Of a stretch of 64,000 nt of DNA, positions 47,250 through 56,119 are shown one piece after another. Origin of the DNA: Candidatus Delongbacteria bacterium. Lineage in GTDB: Bacteria > CAIWAD01. The notes below the pieces were generated by a model. That model was not told the DNA's origin and ran no database searches. It saw nothing but the letters and a program-made list of their open reading frames with translations. The stretch's first letter is position 1, and every line of letters begins with the position of its first letter. Both the position numbers and the translations under genes were made by a program. The stretch lies in the NCBI GenBank assembly GCA_963663545.1, contig OY760505.1, positions 2,592,001 to 2,656,000 of the forward strand. Reading direction: 5' to 3'.

Positions 47250-48185
47250 ATGCGAAATGACTGGCCCTATCCAATGTTCTCTAAATATCAGAAGCACCTC
47301 CGGGAAAATGCGGGGGAATACTTCAAGCGAAAGCGATTTGCTGTAAGCAAGAAGTACAACTTCATCCTTGCGTCTAGAGATGACTGGCACCAGAACATCA
47401 TTCTCCCGGAGGTTGTTCAGTATATAGAAGAACAGAAGCAGTTTGCGCAAAGTCAGAAGCGTGCGTATCCGCTGCATCGATACATCCACCATGGCTTGAG
47501 TAGTCAGGCAATGGTCTTCAATTTGCTGGGGCCGCTGGTTGTCCGGAACCACCTATCACCGCTGGTAAACCTATTACAGAAGCGTGGGGTAGAGATTGAT
47601 AGTGGTAAGGTGAATGGTGTTTTTGAGTACGAGGATCGAGAAGTATTTCTTGAGAACCAAGCTCAGCCAACATCAATCGATTTTGCCCTACTATCGCATG
47701 CTGGCAATCCAATTGCACTTGTGGAATCAAAGCTTGTCGAGCAGCGATTCGGCGGTTGTTCTGTCTTAGAACGCGGTGATTGTGATGGCAGAAATCCTGC
47801 AAAGGACCATTCTCTGTGCTATCTGCACGAGATTGGGCGTCGCTACTGGGAAGTTCTGGAAAAGCATGGGTTCCTAATTGGCAAAATGAAGGACAGCCCT
47901 ACTTGTGTTTTAGGGACTTTCTATCAGTATTTCCGCGAAGTGCTGTTTGCACTAGAGAAGGGCACACCCTTCATTCTCCTAATTGACGAGCGAAACCCAG
48001 CTTTCTCAGTATTGCACGGCGAACGCGAGCGAGGGTTTATTCCATTCCTCGAAACGCTTCTTCCAGCTACGGCAAAACCCCGCGTTTCAACTGTTTCCAT
48101 TCAGGAAATAGTGAGATCAATTGAGAAGCATAGGGCACACAAGGATTGGATTTACGAGTTCGCGGACAAGTATGGAGTTAAGTGA
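47250..48185 (+). CDS. Cassette 4: putative PD-(D/E)xK restriction-endonuclease-like protein (resembles the PGN_0703 family)
   Basis: HHGLSSQAMVFNL, FEYE, PTSIDFAL and LVESKLVEQRFGGCS motifs. AGGAG RBS. Confidence 0.72.
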   Translation: MRNDWPYPMFSKYQKHLRENAGEYFKRKRFAVSKKYNFILASRDDWHQNIILPEVVQYIEEQKQFAQSQKRAYPLHRYIHHGLSSQAMVFNLLGPLVVRNHLSPLVNLLQKRGVEIDSGKVNGVFEYEDREVFLENQAQPTSIDFALLSHAGNPIALVESKLVEQRFGGCSVLERGDCDGRNPAKDHSLCYLHEIGRRYWEVLEKHGFLIGKMKDSPTCVLGTFYQYFREVLFALEKGTPFILLIDERNPAFSVLHGERERGFIPFLETLLPATAKPRVSTVSIQEIVRSIEKHRAHKDWIYEFADKYGVK

Positions 48186-48192
48186 TTTAACA

Positions 48193-48317
48193 CTTTTAAG
48201 ACCCCCATTGCCAAGCGCACAGAGCTGTTCCTTCCGAGTTCCGGCTCAAAGTGAGGAAGGCAAGATCACGATGACCGCTTGATTGTCCGGCCAGGCGTAA
48301 AACGATTCCGCACCAAA
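48193..48317 (-). mobile_element. Second IS1111-type right-end remnant, in attC4
   Basis: Follows ATTTAAC-A and aligns with 43737-43861 (CCCCCATTG.CAAG.GCACAGAG...TTCCTTCCGA...GGAAGGC.AGATC...GCTTGATT...CGGCCAGGCG...GATTCCGC.CCAAA). Confidence 0.8.
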
Positions 48318-48482
48318 GGCATGCTTGCCAGCGCGAACAGCTTGTCGAAGCTTCGGAGTAAGCTTTGGCCATTCCACTGGCGTAGTACTCTGCCGTTTGG
48401 CGCCTCGATACTTCACGACAGAATCCTGGTAACAACTCACAGTGAACCGGAGACGGCAGCCAAACCGTTACGCGAAAAGCCC

Positions 48483-48520
48483 TTGCCAATATCGACTTTC
48501 ATTCGTAGTCTTATGGCTAC
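48483..48520 (+). promoter_or_regulatory. Sigma70-like promoter with an overlapping palindromic operator
   Basis: TTGCCA-17 nt-TAGTCT. The inverted repeat GTAGTC-ttat-GGCTAC overlaps the -10 element. Confidence 0.55.
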
Positions 48521-48526
48521 AATATA

Positions 48527-49153
48527 ATGCCAAACGAGACGCCCATGAACGCGCATCATCCAGTAGCTGTCGCAAATCTGTTTCCCAGCCGGGCTGTCCT
48601 GGATACCCTGGGAGTTCTCTTCTCAGAACCGGACCGAGAGTTCTATCAGACCGAGATTGTTGACCGGCTATTTCACACGAAACTGCAGATTCAGCGAGCG
48701 TTGAAGCGGATTCACGAGGCTGGCCTACTCGAGTTGCGCCAGGAGGGACGGCGTGTGTATTACCGGGCGGCCCGTGAGAATCCCATTTTCCATGAAATTC
48801 AAAGCTTGGTTTTCAAGACGGTCGGCCTGCCGCAGCAACTGAGAATAGCCTTTCAGGATGTCGCCAATGAGGTGGTATTGCTCTTTATCTTTGGTTCGGT
48901 GGCAAACGGCACCGATGGAGCACGCAGCGACCTTGACTTGTTTTGCGTTGGCAATGTCAGCTCGCGGCGGCTTTCCAGCGTTGTAGCGCCCTTTGGTCGA
49001 GAGCTTGGAAGAGAAATCAACTGCGTGCATTTCACGCCTGACGATTTCATGGCGAAGATTCATTCGCGAAATCCGTTTGTTCAGAAAGTCCTTAGCGATA
49101 CGAAACTTTGGGTAATCGGATCCGAAGATGAGCTTGCAGAAATGGTTGGCTGA
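48527..49153 (+). CDS. wHTH + minimal nucleotidyltransferase (MNT) antitoxin-like protein
   Basis: N-terminal wHTH (EFYQTEI...IQRALKRI...RVYYRA) and the FGSVANG...SDLDL motif. Confidence 0.85.
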   Translation: MPNETPMNAHHPVAVANLFPSRAVLDTLGVLFSEPDREFYQTEIVDRLFHTKLQIQRALKRIHEAGLLELRQEGRRVYYRAARENPIFHEIQSLVFKTVGLPQQLRIAFQDVANEVVLLFIFGSVANGTDGARSDLDLFCVGNVSSRRLSSVVAPFGRELGREINCVHFTPDDFMAKIHSRNPFVQKVLSDTKLWVIGSEDELAEMVG

Positions 49154-49592
49154 GAAACGACTCCGACGGCATGAATGCACTGCCCAGGAGATCGGTGATC
49201 TGTTCAAGTTGATTGACCGGGATATTGCTGATTCCAGCATCCAGGCCCTTTCGGAGGATCGCCGTTTTGTCACTTCATACAATGCTGTTCTGCAGTTGGC
49301 TACAATCATTCTCCGTGTTGCTGGATACCGTACTGCGGGCACAGGCCACCACTGGCTGACTTTTCAAGCATTGCCCGAACTCATGGGCGAGAAGTTGCGG
49401 GTGCACGCAGACTACTTTGATTGGTGTCGTACTAAGCGAAACATGGCTGACTACGATGCCGCTGGAGTGATCGGGGCGGCGGATGCAACAGAGTTGTATC
49501 AAGAGTCGATTGCATTCCGAGGCGAGGTAATTCATTGGCTGATGCACCATGCACCCGGTCTACTGCCTCCAGGAATAGAGCAGAAGATCTGA
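49128..49592 (+). CDS. HEPN-domain protein, partner of the MNT
   Basis: Overlaps the MNT gene. SYNAVLQ, AGYR, GHH and RTKRNMADYD motifs. Confidence 0.75.
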   Translation: MSLQKWLAEKRLRRHECTAQEIGDLFKLIDRDIADSSIQALSEDRRFVTSYNAVLQLATIILRVAGYRTAGTGHHWLTFQALPELMGEKLRVHADYFDWCRTKRNMADYDAAGVIGAADATELYQESIAFRGEVIHWLMHHAPGLLPPGIEQKI

Positions 49593-50123
49593 TACCTCGA
49601 ACCCGCAGACCTTGAGATGATAGCGCCCGACTGACGAAGGATGTCGACCAACTCGCTTCGAGTCGGCAGCCACTGAACGGGGATTGAAGTTTTAGCGTCC
49701 GCCGGCGCGACTACTGCCTGTTCAGCGCTTTTCCTCGATGTAGAAGGCGTGCACCTGGATGTCAACCTCGAGGAGCCAATTGCCCCTCAACGCGAAAGCC
49801 ACGAACCATCCGAGTAGCTGCAAGTACCGTTTCCCCCTTCCAACTCCCTGCAGAAAATCACGCTTATGTAGGTTTCCAGCGAAAAACTTACACAAGCCGC
49901 GAGCCTATGTAAGCATCCTTGCAGAACGCTGCGTCCGCGATCCGTGATTATCAATCCACCTCGACGAAGCCGTGCCTCATGCCGTGGTAGTATGCGCGAC
50001 GTCACTAAAATGCACGACTTCGTCCATAGGCATTCAGGACGTTCTGTCGAAGAATAGAGGCAGAATCGGCTCCGCCGATTCTACACTTGTTTCAGCCGCC
50101 CTTCCTCTAAGCCAGCGTATCAC

Positions 50124-50314
50124 AAATGGCCGTTAGGCCAAGAATGAACGCCGAAGGCGTGAATCAATGAGCGTTGTCCAGCAGCAATCATAGGGTACCC
50201 GCCAGCGGCAGTTGACCAGCGGTCAACTGTCCTCTGGTCGGAGAGGCGAGCGCTTTCTTTGTTACTTTCTTTGGCGCGACAAAGAAAGTAACTCGTCTTT
50301 GCTCGCCGCAGGCG
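50124..50314 (-). repeat. Structured ~190-bp repeat, copy 2
   Basis: Reverse-complement homologue of 40981-41172. Confidence 0.85.
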
Positions 50315-51258
50315 TGTCACGCGCTACGCACCTGACCTCGACGAAGTCGTGCTATGGGAATCGCTGTCAGCGTCGCTCTAAAGAGTAGCACGCCTTCGTC
50401 CATAGGTTACATATGGTTAGCCGTGCGGCCGCGCCTCGATACCGAGTATCGATACCGATACCGATCCAACACGCAGTGTCGGCCGCGATAGCGATCAAGA
50501 AATGCCGTCCGTGGGTTCGGCAAGCAACCCACTCCTCCTGTGCAGGATCTGACACCCCAGCCCAAACCTGGACAGCAAGCACGCTTTGCGCGTAGCAGGC
50601 GCCCGCATTCGCCAATGCCTCCCACTTTCTCTTAACGCAACAAAAACAATAACAGGATTTCGATTTCTCTTGAGGATGTGAAAAAGTGTCAGCATTGGCA
50701 CGCAGCTTGCACTACGCGCGGTGCCCTGATCTGCCCAACCTTGTTACAAGACAGTCTACAAGCAACGCGCCCTTCTGGGTGGCGCTAGCTGTGGCGATCA
50801 GGCGACGCGGAGACCGAGGGATGAGAGCCTTGCGCCCCCGCACTGCTGCGCCGATTCGAAAGAGTGGAGTTGCAGCCTGGTAGGATTTCCTTCCTGCTTG
50901 ATACACGTTCCGATCTGACTGGCGGGGGCCCTTCGGCCCCCTTCAGAAGGACACCACCTGCGCGAGCAGTTGTGCATATTCCGGCAGGGACCCTAGCGGG
51001 GGCGCCCTGTCGGTTCTTTTTTAGGTCAATCTGCTTGGCTTGCTTGAGAACTGTCTGTACGCGCTTGCTAGTGAGCGAGCATTCATTAATACTCGAAGAT
51101 TCATTTGCTTCTTTGTGCAGAACACGGCATGCACCGCTCATATGATCCAGTTTGGTTGATATACCCAATACGCATCTTCCTCGAAGGCCTATTTTCAAAG
51201 CAACAAGCACCTGGCACGGTGCTTGCCCTAACTGAATTGTCTTCAGGAGGAAAAAGTG

Positions 51259-51651
51259 ATGTGGCGCACATGTTTGATTCTACTGGTGTTACTTGTGAGT
51301 ACACGAACAACGTTGGCGGATACGGAATTTGCAATGCTAGCGGATACGACGAGCATGGATCGTAGTGAGGTCGTCGCCCATCGTGAGGCCATCTGCTGTC
51401 TGCAGCCGGCGGTGCCGGAGCCGGATCAGCGTGGCACTCGCGTCAGCTTCATGTTGCGCGACGCGGGCCAGACGCGTCTGGAGGTGCTGTCCACCGATGG
51501 AAGTCAGCTTCTGCTGGTTCATGAAGGTCAGCTAAGCGCCGGTCGCCACGAGTTTGTGGTCAAGGATCGCAAGCTGGGCAACGGCACTTACCTGCTGGCT
51601 CTGAGTCACGGTAACCAGCGCAAGGTGCAGCGCATGATGCTGCTGCGCTAA
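51259..51651 (+). CDS. Small secreted protein that is mostly a T9SS-CTD/FlgD-like domain
   Basis: AGGAGG RBS and a signal peptide, then PAVPEP...TRVSFML...LEVLSTDG...GQLSAGRHEF...NGTYLL...QRMMLLR. Confidence 0.68.
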   Translation: MWRTCLILLVLLVSTRTTLADTEFAMLADTTSMDRSEVVAHREAICCLQPAVPEPDQRGTRVSFMLRDAGQTRLEVLSTDGSQLLLVHEGQLSAGRHEFVVKDRKLGNGTYLLALSHGNQRKVQRMMLLR

Positions 51652-51752
51652 CGAGTTCATCAACTGCTTTTCTGAGTGATTTTGCGTCGAGGAGGTCCTG
51701 CGGGACCTCCTTGGTTTTCGCCCGGTCCGCCCATTCATACTATATTGAACAC

Positions 51753-52262
51753 ATGATCTGGATACTTCTACTTCTGATTCCCGCCAGCATGCTGGTCATG
51801 CTTGGCACGGTTATTCAGGGCGGACCTCGTTCCTACGACCTGTTGGCGATGGGCAGTGCGCTTCTGCTTTTCTGGGCCTGGATCAACTTCAACTGGTGGG
51901 CGGGAGCTGCCTGGTTCTTGCTCTACGCTGGCTGCCGCTTGGCGGTCTCGCTGGCTTGGCCGCGCAGAGTCAAGGCTACGAACGCGGGAGCGACGGGTAC
52001 AGCTCAGTTCATCAGCTTCGTTTCGCTGGACAAAGGCAAGCGTCCGCTGGTGATCTTTCTACCGCCTTTGCGCGGGCCGCTCTTCTGGTTGGCGGGCAAG
52101 GTCAACGTCCCACTGCCTCAAGCGGGGAACAAACCCTTCAACGAAGTGGTTCTACCGGTTTTGCGGCAATTCCTCGGGGCAAGTCGCGGGTTTCGCTTGG
52201 ACACCCGGCACTTGCGCAGTATTCAGCCGGATGCTCCCGCCATCGAGATTCGCTGTGATTGA
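51753..52262 (+). CDS. Hypothetical membrane protein
   Basis: Three N-terminal hydrophobic helices, co-oriented with its neighbours. Confidence 0.55.
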   Translation: MIWILLLLIPASMLVMLGTVIQGGPRSYDLLAMGSALLLFWAWINFNWWAGAAWFLLYAGCRLAVSLAWPRRVKATNAGATGTAQFISFVSLDKGKRPLVIFLPPLRGPLFWLAGKVNVPLPQAGNKPFNEVVLPVLRQFLGASRGFRLDTRHLRSIQPDAPAIEIRCD

Positions 52263-52369
52263 TTCTGCCATGGCATTGCTGCAGTGAAGGATCCGGAGTC
52301 GCAGAACACGCTGGCCACGGCCAAGCCTGCAAAGCATCAATCCTCCCTTCCGAGGTAGAAAGGAAAGCT

Positions 52370-52870
52370 GTGAAGCAGCTATTCACACAAATCGTTCTCA
52401 TGGGACTTCTTGCCGTCGCGCTTGGACTGAGCTTCAATACGGCTCGCACCGAAGGCCTCAGCCTGCTTCCGCCGCCTGCGATTGAAGCACAGGCTGCCGG
52501 CGCAGACACTAGTTCAGCCGGGCAGCAAACCTCCCTTGCGCTGGTGGAATTCGCCGAGGTCGACTACTTCCTGCGCAATCAGGAGGCCTTTTTCATTGAT
52601 GCGCGCAGCGCCGACAAGTATGCCAGCGGCTACATTGGCGAGGCCATGAATGTGCCACTGGAGGACTACGAAGCGGGCAGCGTGCGCGTGCCGGTTCCCA
52701 AGTCGACGTTGATTGTGCTCTACTGCGACGGCGGTGATTGTGATACATCGGAGCAGCTCGCGCGCCTGATGGCCAAGGACGGCTACCGCCGCCTGCGCAT
52801 CTACAAGGGCGGCATTGAAGAGTGGGAGCAGCTGGGGCTTCCGCTGAGTGGAGTCACAGACGGGGAGTAG
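52370..52870 (+). CDS. Rhodanese-like domain protein
   Basis: FIDARS..Y..GYIGEAMNVP, IVLYCDGGDC, YKGGIEEW, and an N-terminal anchor. GTG start after AAGGA. Confidence 0.88.
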   Translation: MKQLFTQIVLMGLLAVALGLSFNTARTEGLSLLPPPAIEAQAAGADTSSAGQQTSLALVEFAEVDYFLRNQEAFFIDARSADKYASGYIGEAMNVPLEDYEAGSVRVPVPKSTLIVLYCDGGDCDTSEQLARLMAKDGYRRLRIYKGGIEEWEQLGLPLSGVTDGE

Positions 52871-52874
52871 AAGC

Positions 52875-53360
52875 ATGGGTTGGCGCGGAATCGTACTGCA
52901 TCCGGTGAGCGAATGGATCGCGCGCATTTTCCTTGGCGTGCTCTTTCTGGTGGCGGCGGTGTACAAGATCGCCGATCCCGAAGGCTTCGCCGGAGCAATA
53001 CAGGCCTATCGTGCTGTGCCGCGCGTGCTCAGCTATCTTCCCGCCATCATTCTGCCCTGGCTCGAGCTGCTTTGTGCGCTAGCTGTGCTAAGCGGCGTCT
53101 GGCGCAAAGCGGCGCTGAGTTGGCTCTCCGGCATGCTGGCCTTCTTCATTCTGCTGTTTGTGTACGTGATGGTGCGTCACATCGACATCAACTGTGGTTG
53201 CTTTGGTGAAATGGGCGAAAAGCTGCCCGGCTGGCTGCGGCAGTTCATTGATCCGACGACCGTCGGCGTCAAGTCCATTCTGCGCAATCTTCTGCTGATC
53301 GCCTTTTGCGCCATCGCCTGGTTTGCGCCCGACTACCGGCGCGGACGTCGTTCTGCTTGA
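52875..53360 (+). CDS. MauE/DoxX-family redox membrane protein
   Basis: RIFLGVLFLVAAVYKIADP, LPWLE, INCGCFG and ILRN motifs. Confidence 0.88.
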   Translation: MGWRGIVLHPVSEWIARIFLGVLFLVAAVYKIADPEGFAGAIQAYRAVPRVLSYLPAIILPWLELLCALAVLSGVWRKAALSWLSGMLAFFILLFVYVMVRHIDINCGCFGEMGEKLPGWLRQFIDPTTVGVKSILRNLLLIAFCAIAWFAPDYRRGRRSA

Positions 53361-53367
53361 AAATGAA

Positions 53368-53396
53368 ACACCCGGCTTTCAGTGGAAGCCGGGTGC
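53368..53396. terminator. Hairpin between convergent genes (bidirectional terminator)
   Basis: CACCCGGCTT-tcagtgg-AAGCCGGGTG. Confidence 0.65.
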
Positions 53397-53416
53397 CTTG
53401 CTAGTCCAAGTACAGC

Positions 53417-54049
53417 TTACTCTTCCATCAGCAGCAGGTCGACGTTTGCCTCGGCGAACTTCAGCACGCGTTGCACCAGTTCGCGAACAGCGTTTACACC
53501 CACCTGCAGGCGCTCTTCTTCCATACTGTGCAGTTCGTCCACCATGCCCAGTGCGGTGGAGCCAGCCATTGCCGTGCAAAAAAGGGCGCGTTCGGGGGTG
53601 CTCAACGTCTGTGCGGCTTCTTCCAAAGAAATCTCGCGACCGATCAGAATGCTCAGCACACGCTGATCCGCCTGTTGCACACGCTGTTGAATGTGGCGCG
53701 GCAGGCTTTCCACCAGATGAACATGATGGCGACAGTAATTGGCCAGTGCCATGTAATCCGGGCAGGTCTCACCGAACTTGAGGTAGCCGTCGATGAAAGC
53801 CGTGATTCCGCTCGAGTTGGTTTCGGCAAAATGCTTCTCGATGGTGCCAGCCAAGCCTTCAATGGCTTCCACCAGCAGCAGGCCGAGGATCTCGCTCTTG
53901 CCGCTGAAATTGGCGTAGATGGCGCCCGTGGTCAATCCGGCCTGATCGGCAATATCACGCACCGCAACCGCTTCGTAGCCTTGATTCAGAATCAACTCAC
54001 GGGCGGCGCTCAGCAGTTGCTCGCGCGAGTTGTTGCTTTGCTCCTGCAT
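53417..54049 (-). CDS. TetR/AcrR-family regulator (copy 4)
   Basis: VRDIADQAGLTTGAIYANFSGK. Confidence 0.9.
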   Translation of the reverse strand: MQEQSNNSREQLLSAARELILNQGYEAVAVRDIADQAGLTTGAIYANFSGKSEILGLLLVEAIEGLAGTIEKHFAETNSSGITAFIDGYLKFGETCPDYMALANYCRHHVHLVESLPRHIQQRVQQADQRVLSILIGREISLEEAAQTLSTPERALFCTAMAGSTALGMVDELHSMEEERLQVGVNAVRELVQRVLKFAEANVDLLLMEE

Positions 54050-54050
54050 C

Positions 54051-54653
54051 TCAGGCCTCCTTTCCCTGCTGGCGCAAATACTCCTTCAGAACACCCAACA
54101 GGCTGCGGTAGAAAGTATGCGGATTCGCCATTAGTACCTGCAGTTTGCTGGACTTGATCTGGAAGACGCCGTTGGCCAGCGAGACGAAGGCCGATGCAAC
54201 GACAGCTGCCTGCTCTTCGCTGACACCCTCCAGGTCGGACGCGGCGCGAACCATTCCTCCAACCCAGCGCTGCCTCAATTCGATCAGCCGCTGTGCATGG
54301 TCGCGGCGCAGCTCCTCGGTGAGTTGGGGAAGGGCGCTGATGTAGAGAATCAGCCGGTAGTAGTCAGGATGCTGGTCGAAAAACGTCCAGTACCCTTCAC
54401 AGTATTGTTCAAAAGTGTAGTCGGTCGTGTCTTCGGCGGAGACCTGCTTCATCGAGGCTTCCAGACGCTCGGCGGCTTCCAGCAACAGAATACCGAGGAT
54501 ATCGGCCTTGTTGCGGAAGTTCGAGTAGATAGCACCGGTTGTCACACCGGCCGCGGCCGCGATCTGGCGAACGCTTACGTTCTCATAGCCTCGAAGAAGG
54601 ATCAAGCGTCGGGCATTCTCAAGCACGTCATCTTTGCGACAGGCTCGGGGCAT
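54051..54653 (-). CDS. TetR/AcrR-family regulator (copy 3)
   Basis: AGGAG RBS, MPRACRKDDV...VRQIAAAAGVTTGAIYSNFRNK. Confidence 0.9.
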   Translation of the reverse strand: MPRACRKDDVLENARRLILLRGYENVSVRQIAAAAGVTTGAIYSNFRNKADILGILLLEAAERLEASMKQVSAEDTTDYTFEQYCEGYWTFFDQHPDYYRLILYISALPQLTEELRRDHAQRLIELRQRWVGGMVRAASDLEGVSEEQAAVVASAFVSLANGVFQIKSSKLQVLMANPHTFYRSLLGVLKEYLRQQGKEA

Positions 54654-55290
54654 CGGGAGAACTCCTTTCCTGCAGGGGGGAGGGTGAACCGTCGAGAATC
54701 GCGCCGGAGAAGCGGTCCAGTGACAGCCAATGCAAGGCCATGCGCTGTACAGACTGTTCCTCCAGTCCAAAGGCTCGACAGGTTTTTGTCATGTTGGGAG
54801 AGAACAACACGGATAGTACCGCAATCAGGCTGCGACCCGCGAAGAGGTCGCCACAAAGCCAGGGCAGCTCGTTCAACATCGCCAGTGTGATGCCATCGAA
54901 GAACTGGCTGCGCGCCATGATCAGACGATCGTGATGCTCGGCGCTCAGGGTGTTCCAGATTTCTCGATCGTTATAAGCCTCACGCACCAGCTGATACATG
55001 TCCGAATGCTCGCTGATGTAAGCGAAAAATCGTCGCAACAGGATGCCAAGCTGCTCTTTGTCGGTCGGCCCGTCCAAGCCATGCCCGAAGAGCTCGCCCA
55101 TGCGATCAATGGCGTCCATCACTGCTGCCCCGACCAGATCTGCCTTACTGCCGAAATTGGAATAGATGGCGCCGGTTGTCACACCGGCAGCGCTGGCCAC
55201 CGCTCGCAGGCTAATATTGGAGTAGCCTTTGGCGAGGATCATGGAGCGCGCGCTGCGGATGATCCGGTCGCGAATTGAGGTCTTCGACAT
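54628..55290 (-). CDS. TetR/AcrR-family regulator (copy 2)
   Basis: LRAVASAAGVTTGAIYSNFGSK. The 3' end overlaps the next start. Confidence 0.88.
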   Translation of the reverse strand: MSKTSIRDRIIRSARSMILAKGYSNISLRAVASAAGVTTGAIYSNFGSKADLVGAAVMDAIDRMGELFGHGLDGPTDKEQLGILLRRFFAYISEHSDMYQLVREAYNDREIWNTLSAEHHDRLIMARSQFFDGITLAMLNELPWLCGDLFAGRSLIAVLSVLFSPNMTKTCRAFGLEEQSVQRMALHWLSLDRFSGAILDGSPSPLQERSSPDAPSLSQR

Positions 55291-55381
55291 GGACGGGGTC
55301 CAATCTTCTATAACATGGAATTCGTTTCCAGGCAGGCCCGGAATCTGGGTGCCGACCCGGGGGAATCGACACCCTGCGGGG

Positions 55382-55969
55382 TCAACTGGCCAGCTTGCGA
55401 ACCATGCTGCTCACGACCTGCTCGACGGACTGTACGTCCACTTCAAGGTCATTGCAAAGATGCTGCACGGAGGAGTAGTGCATCATGCGAAGCATAGTCA
55501 GCAAGGCAACGCCCGTACAAATGGCGTTGTCGGGGGTGGCAAGACCGGAGCGGACAGCCGCCTGGCCCATGCCGGTAGTAATCTGACGACGAAGCTCACT
55601 CAGCGCCTCGCGCTGGTGAATCTTGAGGGCGCGGAAAAGCACAGGGCTTTCGTAAATCGAATTCAGCAGCTTGAAGTAGTCGGCATAGTCAGCTGCGAAT
55701 GTGTTATAGCCGGTGATCCACTGTTCCAGAGTGGCAGAGGACGGCGTTGCGTCATCGACCGAGTGAATCATCTCACCGGCTTTTTCGACGGCTTCCAGAG
55801 CGAGGACGCCCAGGATGTCCGCCTTATTACGGAAATTGGAGTAGATGGCTCCCGTGGTCAGGCCTGCTTCGGAAGCGATGCGACGCACACTGACGGCTTC
55901 ATGACCTTCTGCGAGGATTAGTCGGCGGGCAGTGTTCAAAACGTCTTCTTTACGACATTCTCTCGGCAT
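55382..55969 (-). CDS. TetR/AcrR-family regulator (copy 1)
   Basis: MPRECRKEDV...VRRIASEAGLTTGAIYSNFRNK. Confidence 0.9.
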   Translation of the reverse strand: MPRECRKEDVLNTARRLILAEGHEAVSVRRIASEAGLTTGAIYSNFRNKADILGVLALEAVEKAGEMIHSVDDATPSSATLEQWITGYNTFAADYADYFKLLNSIYESPVLFRALKIHQREALSELRRQITTGMGQAAVRSGLATPDNAICTGVALLTMLRMMHYSSVQHLCNDLEVDVQSVEQVVSSMVRKLAS

Positions 55970-55993
55970 GGGATTCCTCAGAGTTGATTGACA

Positions 55994-56119
55994 CGTTATA
56001 CTATAACGATAAGGGCGCGATCATTCAAGTGTTCTCAATAACATTAGAGAGAAATTTTGACACGACTAACACTTTTAAAATTAATGATTAAGACATTGTT
56101 ATCATAATGCGGTATAACA
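55994..56119. promoter_or_regulatory. AT-rich divergent promoter region with candidate TetR operators
   Basis: Palindrome CGTTATA-c-TATAACG (55994-56008), TGTTAT-N11-ATAACA (56097-56119), and further TAACA half-sites. Confidence 0.5.

Larger units (their letters stand above)
41804..49699 (+). mobile_element. Integron cassette array without an integrase in the window (CALIN), about 5 cassettes
   Basis: Each gene is flanked by a GTTRRRY-like core and a complementary RYYYAAC-like inverse core: 41804/42577, 42743/43729, 46057/46874, 47220/48185, and a core at 48467. Genes are co-oriented and mostly lower in GC. Confidence 0.85.

Noticed and set aside
40812..51250. Integron integrase or attI site
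   Set aside because: No tyrosine-recombinase ORF on either strand. The site ending at 41810 resembles the attC right arms.
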